This document shows positions 6,012-11,447 of a DNA stretch of 11,447 nt, piece after piece. The number at the start of each line of letters is the position of its first letter. The first letter of the stretch is position 1. This DNA is from Candidatus Aenigmatarchaeota archaeon (GTDB taxonomy: Archaea > Aenigmatarchaeota > Aenigmatarchaeia > Aenigmatarchaeales > JACQIB01): positions 1-11,447 of the forward strand of contig JAWABM010000017.1 in assembly GCA_038999215.1 (NCBI GenBank), given 5' to 3'. The translations under genes and the position numbers were made by a program. The notes under the pieces are model-generated. The model was not told the DNA's origin and did not search any database. It was given only the letters and a program-made list of their open reading frames with translations.

Positions 6012-7262
6012 ATGGCGTTCCAACCGCCGAAAGGCACAAGGGACTTCCTGCCTGACGAGGCAGCGAAGAGAAGGAAATATTTCGAGCTGGCGCGCAAAAT
6101 ACTGGAGAGCTACGGCTACGGCGAAGTCGTAACGCCGGCTTTCGAAACAATCGAGCTGCTTGAGGCCAAGGGAAGCTTGGGAGAAGAGGCAGTCAAGGAC
6201 GTGTTCAGGATATGGGACAAGGGCAAAGAGAAGCTCGGCTACGGCCTGATATTCGACCCGACGACCCCGATAGCGAGGATAGTCGCTTCTGACAAATCGC
6301 TTCTCAAGCCCTTGAGGTGGTATTACATCAGGCCGATGTGGAGGTACGAGGAGACGAAGGCCGGACGCTACCGCGAGTTCTGGCAGGCGGGGGCGGAGCT
6401 TATAGGGACAGAGGATCCTGCGGCGGATGCGGAGATAGTCGCGCTGACTGCGGACTGCCTGAAGGCGATGGGAATAAAAGATTTCACGATAAAGGCGAGC
6501 TCAAGGAAAATAGCCGAGGCTCTGGCGGATGCGGCTGGAATCCCTGAAGAAAAGAAGACGGCCGCCTTCAGGGCGATGGACAAGATAGAGAAGTTCGGCG
6601 AGGCGGCGGTGAAGGAGGAGATGGGGAAAGCGGGCATACCGGCGAAGGCGGCTGGCAGGCTGCTCAGGCTCGTCGCTGAAGGCGGCAAAGAAATGATGGA
6701 CGCCGCGGCGGTTGCGGAAGTGGAGAAGGTTATTGATTGCGCGAAGAAGATGGGCGTGGAGAAAATAGCGCTCGACTTCAGCATAATAAGGGGAATCGAT
6801 TATTACACAGGCTTCGTTTTCGAGACAACAGTAAAAGGATATGAGAGGCTGGGAAGCGTGGCCTCTGGAGGGCGCTACGATTCCCTGATAGAGATGTACG
6901 GTGGGGCAAAGACCCCGGCGACAGGCGTAGGCATAGGCATCGACAGGCTGATGGAGATAGTGACCGAGAAAATCTCCGCCAGCCCCAAGGTTTTCGTTGC
7001 GAACGTCAAGGAAGAGCAGAAGGAAGACGCTATGAAGATTGCGCAGACGCTGAGGAGGGCAGGAGTTCCGGCGGAATTCAACGTCTCAGGCAAGGGCCTC
7101 AAGAAGCAGATAGAGTACGCAAACGCCAGGAAAATAAAATTCTTCGTCGTAATAGGGCCGGAAGAGGCCAAGGAAGGCACCGCGAAGGTGAGGGACATGG
7201 CCTCGGGCAGGGAAGAGGAGGTCAAAGTCGACAGACTGAAGGATTTTCTCGCAAAGCAATAG
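6012..7262 (+). CDS. hisS: Histidine--tRNA ligase
   Basis: PKGTRDFLP, motif 2 WRYE..AGRYREFWQAGAELIG, HisA loop RGIDYYTGFVFE, GGRYD, motif 3 GVGIGIDRL, and a C-terminal anticodon-binding domain (KKQIEYAN..VVIGPEE), so HisS rather than HisZ. Confidence 0.97.
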   Translation: MAFQPPKGTRDFLPDEAAKRRKYFELARKILESYGYGEVVTPAFETIELLEAKGSLGEEAVKDVFRIWDKGKEKLGYGLIFDPTTPIARIVASDKSLLKPLRWYYIRPMWRYEETKAGRYREFWQAGAELIGTEDPAADAEIVALTADCLKAMGIKDFTIKASSRKIAEALADAAGIPEEKKTAAFRAMDKIEKFGEAAVKEEMGKAGIPAKAAGRLLRLVAEGGKEMMDAAAVAEVEKVIDCAKKMGVEKIALDFSIIRGIDYYTGFVFETTVKGYERLGSVASGGRYDSLIEMYGGAKTPATGVGIGIDRLMEIVTEKISASPKVFVANVKEEQKEDAMKIAQTLRRAGVPAEFNVSGKGLKKQIEYANARKIKFFVVIGPEEAKEGTAKVRDMASGREEEVKVDRLKDFLAKQ

Positions 7263-7305
7263 GGCACTGACCCCTACAAGGAACTAGAAAACCGCTTTTC
7301 CGCGC

Positions 7306-7419
7306 CTACTTCGCTGAAAATATCGTGTCCTCGAGCACGAAACCGCATTTCTTGCACACTATTTCCATCGAGCTGTTCTTTATCTTGTTCGATCCGCATT
7401 CCGGGCATGAAATTTTCAT
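7306..7419 (-). CDS. Stand-alone TFIIB-type zinc ribbon microprotein (37 aa)
   Basis: Hand translation MKISCPECGSNKIKNSSMEIVCKKCGFVLEDTIFSAK*; the CPECGS..EIVCxxCGxVLE pattern matches the TFB/TFIIB N-terminal Zn ribbon; has an upstream TATA-like box. Below the ORF-track size cut-off. Confidence 0.85.
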   Translation of the reverse strand: MKISCPECGSNKIKNSSMEIVCKKCGFVLEDTIFSAK

Positions 7420-7440
7420 GATAATTTTTTATCCCGCAAG

Positions 7441-7448
7441 TTATTTAA
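7441..7448 (-). promoter_or_regulatory. Putative TATA box of the zinc-ribbon microprotein gene
   Basis: TTAAATAA on the minus strand ~22-29 nt upstream of ATG 7419. Confidence 0.5.
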
Positions 7449-7515
7449 GCATTGTTGCGCTGCGACATCTATACGACAACGCATTAACACGCATTTTTCC
7501 GAGTGAAAAAACAAG

Positions 7516-7524
7516 TTTTAAATA
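7516..7524 (+). promoter_or_regulatory. Putative BRE/TATA promoter of the PINA gene
   Basis: Purine-rich GAAAAAACAAG followed by TTTTAAATA. It lies inside the GTG-7503 extension of the ORF track, which supports ATG 7572 as the true start. Confidence 0.55.
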
Positions 7525-7571
7525 CTTCATCCGCAAATGATAGTACGGTACAGCTTCTAAGAAGTGATAGG

Positions 7572-9371
7572 ATGGCAAAGAAACCAATGAAGATAGTCCC
7601 GGATACATCTGTCCTGGTGAACGGAAGGCTTAGCAGGTTCATAAAAGAGGAAAAGCTCAGCGAAGCAGAGGTAATAATCCCGAAAATAGCGATAGAAGAG
7701 CTGCAGGCGCAGGCCTCGAAAGGGCGGGAATCCGGCTTCGAGGGCATAGAGGAGATAAAGAAAATAAGGGGGATGAAGGGAATCAAGGTCACATTCTGCG
7801 GAGAGCGCCCCAGCTTGGAGGATATCTCGCTCGCCAAGAGCGGGAGGCTCGATGCGCTCATACAGGACGCGGCCAAGAAGCTCGGAGCGACGCTTGTCAC
7901 GTCGGACCTGCCCCAGGCGATGGCCGCCGAGGCCGAAGGCATAAGCGTCAAGCATTACGAGGCCTATGAGAGGGCGGGGAAGATAAGGGTAGAGGAGCTG
8001 CTCACGCCGGACACGATGTCGCTTCACATAAAGGAGGGAGCGCTGCCGTGCGCGAAGAGGGGCGGGCCCGGGAAATTCGAGCTCGTGTGCGCGGGACGCG
8101 AAGCGGTAGATAGGAAGACCATCGATTTGATGATAAGGGAAATAATGGACGCCGCGAGGTACGAGGAGGACTCGTTCGTGGAGTTCGACAGGCGCGGGGC
8201 GTCGGTGATACAGCTGAAGAACATGAGGATAGCGATTGCAAGGCCGCCGTTCTCGGACGCCACTGAAATAACAGTCGTGCGGCCTATAGTGAAGCTCACG
8301 CTGGACGACTACAAGCTTTCTGACAAGCTGAAGGAGCGCCTCGCGGAGAAGGCGGAGGGCATACTGCTAGCCGGCCCGCCCGGCTCCGGCAAGAGCACAT
8401 TCGCCGCATCGCTCGCGGAGTTCTACATGCAAAAAGGGAAGGTCGTGAAGACCATGGAGTCTCCCCGCGACCTCCAGGTGCCCAAGGAGATAACGCAGTA
8501 CTCCATGCTGGAAGGCAGCTTCGCCAAGACTGCGGACGTGCTGCTGCTCGTGAGGCCGGACTACACGGTATTCGACGAGGTGCGGAAGACGTCGGATTTC
8601 GGCGTGTTCGCTGACATGCGCCTCGCAGGCGTGGGCATGGTCGGAGTGGTGCACGCAAGCGACCCGGTTGACGCGGTGCAAAGGTTCATAGGCCGCGTGG
8701 AGCTGGGGGTAATACCGCACATCATAGACACCATAATATTCATAAAGGACGGAAAGGTGGAGAAGGTGTTCAGCCTTGCCCTGACCGTGCGCGTTCCGCA
8801 GGGAATGACAGAGGCGGACCTCGCAAGGCCGATAGTGGAAGTGAGGGATTTCGACAGCGGCAAGCTTGAATATGAAATCTACACTTACGGCGAGCAGACG
8901 ACCGTCGTGCCTGTGAAAACGGAGAAGAAGGCTGGTATGGAGAAGCTCGCCGAGGAGCGCATACGCGAAGAGATAAGGAAATACGACAGCCATGCGCAGA
9001 TAACGTTCGCCTCGGCGGAAAAAGCGATAGTGCGCGTCGGGAACGATATAATTCCGAGGCTGATAGGGAAGGAGGGGAGGAACGTGAAGGAGCTGGAGGA
9101 ACGGCTCGGCATCGGAATAGAAATCGAGCCCGTGGTGGAGAGCCTCGGCAAGGAGGTCAAGGCGGAAATAGGCGAAACGGGCGCGTACGTGGTGCTATAC
9201 TTCAGGAAAGACCTGTGCGGGAAGAAGGCGAACGTCTATGTGAACGACGGATACCTGTTCACGGCCACCATAGGACGCAAGGCGGAGATAAAAATAAGCA
9301 AGGACTCGGACATAGGCAAGGCGCTGATAAGGGCGGCATCAGGGAAAAGGGCAGTAAAGGTTTTTATCTAA
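7572..9371 (+). CDS. PIN-domain P-loop ATPase with KH domain (PINA / COG1855-type; Holliday-junction branch-migration ATPase family)
   Basis: N-terminal PIN (IVPDTSVL, IEELQAQA, LDALI, LVTSD), Walker A GPPGSGKST, MESPRDLQ, RPDYTVFDEVR (Walker B), GVVHA, C-terminal KH with RLIGKEGRNV. Start placed at ATG 7572 (ATG 7587 is an alternative). Confidence 0.93.
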   Translation: MAKKPMKIVPDTSVLVNGRLSRFIKEEKLSEAEVIIPKIAIEELQAQASKGRESGFEGIEEIKKIRGMKGIKVTFCGERPSLEDISLAKSGRLDALIQDAAKKLGATLVTSDLPQAMAAEAEGISVKHYEAYERAGKIRVEELLTPDTMSLHIKEGALPCAKRGGPGKFELVCAGREAVDRKTIDLMIREIMDAARYEEDSFVEFDRRGASVIQLKNMRIAIARPPFSDATEITVVRPIVKLTLDDYKLSDKLKERLAEKAEGILLAGPPGSGKSTFAASLAEFYMQKGKVVKTMESPRDLQVPKEITQYSMLEGSFAKTADVLLLVRPDYTVFDEVRKTSDFGVFADMRLAGVGMVGVVHASDPVDAVQRFIGRVELGVIPHIIDTIIFIKDGKVEKVFSLALTVRVPQGMTEADLARPIVEVRDFDSGKLEYEIYTYGEQTTVVPVKTEKKAGMEKLAEERIREEIRKYDSHAQITFASAEKAIVRVGNDIIPRLIGKEGRNVKELEERLGIGIEIEPVVESLGKEVKAEIGETGAYVVLYFRKDLCGKKANVYVNDGYLFTATIGRKAEIKISKDSDIGKALIRAASGKRAVKVFI

Positions 9372-9389
9372 GACGCGACAGTATTGCTT

Positions 9390-10262
9390 ATGAGAAATCT
9401 TCTGGCGCTGCTGCCGATTCTGCTTCTGGTAATGCCTGCCTTTGCGCAGGAAGTGCCGGGCTATACGGACAAGTACGTGAACGATTTTGCAAAGGTCCTT
9501 TCGCCCGGCCAGGCTGGCGAGCTCAGGGCAATATTCTCGCAGGTCGACCAGAACACGACCGCGGAGATGGCATTGCTCACGGTCGACACGGTATCGCCCT
9601 ATGCGATGAGCGACTATGCCCAGCAGGTCTTTGACAAGTGGAAAATAGGCAAGGCCGACAAGGACAACGGACTGCTGATGCTCTACGCGAAGGACACGCA
9701 GAAGATTTGGGTCTCCACGGGCTACGGCCTCGAGGGCATACTTCCGGACTCCAAGGTGGGGCGCATACTGGACGAGACCTTCGTGCCAGCGAGGGCGGCG
9801 GGCAACGCCACAGAAGGCATAGTGCTTGCGGCTCGCGAGTATGCGGCGGTGATAAGCGAGAACGCGAACGAAGTCATATCAGGCCAGACCGGCCCGTCTT
9901 CGGTGCCAGTTCTGCTGCCCATATTTTTTCCGCTCATGTTCATTGCCATCATAGGCGGCACCTTCTTCAGCGCGCTTGCCGGCCCCAAGTGCCCCAAGTG
10001 CGGCGGAAGGATGAAAGCCGTCAAGACCGAAGTAAAGGCAGAGAAGAGGCCGGGGCCATTCGGCATGACAGTGGAGACGTACTACACGCTGGTCACATAC
10101 GAATGCGCGAAATGCGAGCACAGGACGACTGTCAAGAAGAAGGGGCAGCATAGAAGAAGCGGGGCTTTCGTGATCGCTTCATTTGGAGGCGGGCACGGCG
10201 GAGGCTTCCACGGCGGGGGCTTCGGCGGAGGAGGATTCGGGGGCGGAGGGGCAGGAAGATAA
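9390..10262 (+). CDS. TPM-domain (YgcG-like) membrane protein with C-terminal Zn ribbon and Gly-rich tail
   Basis: Signal peptide ending AFA-Q; YVNDFAKVLS, WKIGKADKDNGLLML, TGYGLEGILPD; TM helix; CPKC...CAKC; GGGFGGGGFGGGGAGR terminus. TTG 9384 is an alternative start. Confidence 0.9.
   Translation: MRNLLALLPILLLVMPAFAQEVPGYTDKYVNDFAKVLSPGQAGELRAIFSQVDQNTTAEMALLTVDTVSPYAMSDYAQQVFDKWKIGKADKDNGLLMLYAKDTQKIWVSTGYGLEGILPDSKVGRILDETFVPARAAGNATEGIVLAAREYAAVISENANEVISGQTGPSSVPVLLPIFFPLMFIAIIGGTFFSALAGPKCPKCGGRMKAVKTEVKAEKRPGPFGMTVETYYTLVTYECAKCEHRTTVKKKGQHRRSGAFVIASFGGGHGGGFHGGGFGGGGFGGGGAGR
10184..10256 (+). repeat. Low-complexity coding repeat (GGN codons, FGGG units) of the TPM protein tail
   Basis: Encodes GGGHGGGFHGGGFGGGGFGGGGAG, a standard feature of TPM/YgcG proteins. 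Confidence 0.7.
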
Positions 10263-10292
10263 TCTTATAAGAAACCCTTCAGATGTGTTATT

Positions 10293-10895
10293 ATGGCAGA
10301 AGCAAAGCAGAACTTCATTTCGAAGTACAAGTGGCCGCTGATAGCGGGAGTAATAGTCCTGCTGCTTGCCGGCTGGATTGCGGGAATGTACAACAACTTC
10401 GTGAGGATGGATCAGGACGTGAGCGCCAAGTGGTCAGAGGTCGAGAACCAGTACCAGAGGCAGGCCGACCTGATACCCAACCTGATATCCACGGTCAGCA
10501 GCGCGGTGAAGGTCGAGACAAGCTACGTGACAGCTGTCACCGAGGCCAGGTCAAGATGGCAGACGGCCGGAACCGCGTACGACAAGGACACGGCAGGAAT
10601 ACAGATGAACAACGCGGTGACCGCGCTGATGAACGCCGTGCTCACGCACGAGAACTATCCGGTACTGCAGGCTAACCAGCAGTACGCGATGCTGATGGAC
10701 GAGCTGACAGGCACGCAGAACAGGATAGCCACGGCCCGCGGCAGGTACATATCCTCCATACAGTCCTACAACACGGGGATAAGGATGTTCCCGGCGAACG
10801 TGTTCGCAGGGATGTTCGGCTTCACGGAAAAGGCATATTACCAGGCAACGACCGAACTTATAACGCCTGCAATCGGAGCAGGGGCATTGCCGTGA
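10293..10895 (+). CDS. lemA: LemA family protein
   Basis: N-terminal TM, YNNFV, WSEVENQYQRQADLIPNL, ENYPVLQAN, ELTGTQNRIATAR, YNTGIRMFPANVFAGMFGF. Candidate TATA TTATAA at 10265-10270. Confidence 0.95.
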   Translation: MAEAKQNFISKYKWPLIAGVIVLLLAGWIAGMYNNFVRMDQDVSAKWSEVENQYQRQADLIPNLISTVSSAVKVETSYVTAVTEARSRWQTAGTAYDKDTAGIQMNNAVTALMNAVLTHENYPVLQANQQYAMLMDELTGTQNRIATARGRYISSIQSYNTGIRMFPANVFAGMFGFTEKAYYQATTELITPAIGAGALP

Positions 10896-10902
10896 TTTTT
10901 TT
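10896..10902 (+). terminator. Putative oligo-T terminator after lemA
   Basis: T7 tract immediately after the TGA stop; archaeal intrinsic terminators are U-rich tracts. Confidence 0.45.
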
Positions 10903-10932
10903 GGGGCGCGAATTTCCGCTCCGATTATCCTA

Positions 10933-10942
10933 TTTTTAAATA
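10933..10942 (+). promoter_or_regulatory. Putative TATA box of tRNA-Arg
   Basis: TTTTTAAATA ending 23 nt upstream of the mature tRNA 5' end (10966). Confidence 0.55.
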
Positions 10943-10965
10943 TTCTCCAGCTTTACTATTATCAT

Positions 10966-11044
10966 GCTCGGCTAGCTCAGCTTGGATCAGAGCGTCCGCC
11001 TCCTAAGCGGAAGGTCGAGGGTTCGAATCCCCCGCCGAGCGCCA
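10966..11044 (+). tRNA. tRNA-Arg(CCU), intron-less, CCA encoded
   Basis: Acceptor GCTCGGC/GCCGAGC; D stem GCTC/GAGC with A20 (Arg identity element); anticodon stem TCCGC/GCGGA with loop CT-CCT-AA (anticodon 11002-11004); T loop TTCGAAT; G73; CCA 11042-11044. Confidence 0.96.
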
Positions 11045-11076
11045 TTTTATATTCAAGAAAAACAAGATGATTTTGC

Positions 11077-11447
11077 ATGACCAAAGCAAAGAGCGCAATG
11101 AAAGGATATCAGCTGTTCCTGATGGGGCTGGTGGCGATAATGTCGTTCATATACGTGGTCATATCGGTACAGCCGCCCTTCGACACGTCGAAGTACGTTG
11201 AGGCGGACCTGATAGACGTTGCTGGCCAAACCGTATACATAGGGCATGAATGCGTCGCAATAGTTGCGGACACGTCTGTGGAAAGGGCGGAATCGATAGC
11301 ACTAGGCCTGGAAGGGAAGATAGACAGCAGGCCGAACACGCACGACCTGTTCGCGGAGACGCTGAAGAGCTTCAACATCACGCTCGATTCTGTGACCCTA
11401 GACTACTACAACGGCGACTTCTACTACAGCAGCATGATAATGCGGAC
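11077..11447 (+). CDS. DUF151 / bifunctional nuclease (BFN) domain protein with N-terminal TM anchor, partial
   Basis: Hand translation MTKAKSAMKGYQLFLMGLVAIMSFIYVVISVQPPF...ERAESIALGLEGKIDSRPNTHDLFAETLKSFNITLDSVTLDYYNGDFYYSSMIMR; A..IA..L......RPxTHDL is the DUF151 signature. Open to the window end; alternative ATG 11098; TTTATATT ~24 nt upstream of ATG 11077. Confidence 0.82.
   Translation, partial: MTKAKSAMKGYQLFLMGLVAIMSFIYVVISVQPPFDTSKYVEADLIDVAGQTVYIGHECVAIVADTSVERAESIALGLEGKIDSRPNTHDLFAETLKSFNITLDSVTLDYYNGDFYYSSMIMR

Noticed and set aside
6012..7262. hisS as HisZ (ATP-phosphoribosyltransferase regulatory subunit)
   Set aside because: It has an intact RGxDYYTG loop and C-terminal anticodon-binding domain; no hisG in the window.
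7260..7300. Small hairpins TAGGG-N7-CCCTA and GAAAA-CCGC-TTTTC after hisS
   Set aside because: 5-bp stems only; too weak to call as terminators or ncRNA.
7503..7571. N-terminal extension of PINA from GTG 7503
   Set aside because: It overlaps the AT-rich BRE/TATA candidate, and the PIN domain begins just after ATG 7572/7587.
5555..9371. AbrB-like protein plus PIN-domain protein as a VapBC toxin-antitoxin pair
   Set aside because: The genes are ~1.7 kb apart with separate promoters, and the PIN domain is part of the conserved ~600-aa PINA ATPase, not a free VapC.
9982..10000. Tandem 9-mer GCCCCAAGT x2
   Set aside because: Encodes PKCPKC inside the TPM gene; two copies only, not a CRISPR or regulatory repeat.
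5786..11044. Possible integrated element at or between the two tRNA genes
   Set aside because: No integrase or transposase, no duplicated tRNA 3' end (att site) seen, and the intervening genes include core hisS and PINA.

Overview
Archaeal chromosomal window. TATA-like boxes sit about 22-32 nt upstream of many start codons, and it carries aMBF1, the PIN-ATPase PINA and a TFIIB-type zinc ribbon; the compact layout suggests a DPANN-type archaeon (inference). Gene order: ileS (minus strand, 3'-truncated by the window edge and absent from the ORF track; non-canonical GLHH signature), divergent aMBF1, an ArgE/DapE-family M20 hydrolase, a convergent CaCA-family antiporter, then a tandem AbrB/MraZ-like regulator ORF that reads straight through a complete tRNA-His(GUG) gene. 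A frameshifted SHOCT-like micro-ORF and hisS follow. After these come an unannotated 37-aa stand-alone TFIIB-type zinc ribbon gene, PINA, a TPM-domain membrane protein, LemA, tRNA-Arg(CCU) and a partial DUF151/bifunctional-nuclease gene with an N-terminal membrane anchor. The most interesting locus is 5507-7262, where the tRNA-His nested in the regulator's coding sequence lies in an apparent transcription unit with its cognate synthetase. No mobile elements or CRISPR arrays were seen. All calls come from manual reading and motif recognition; no searches were run.
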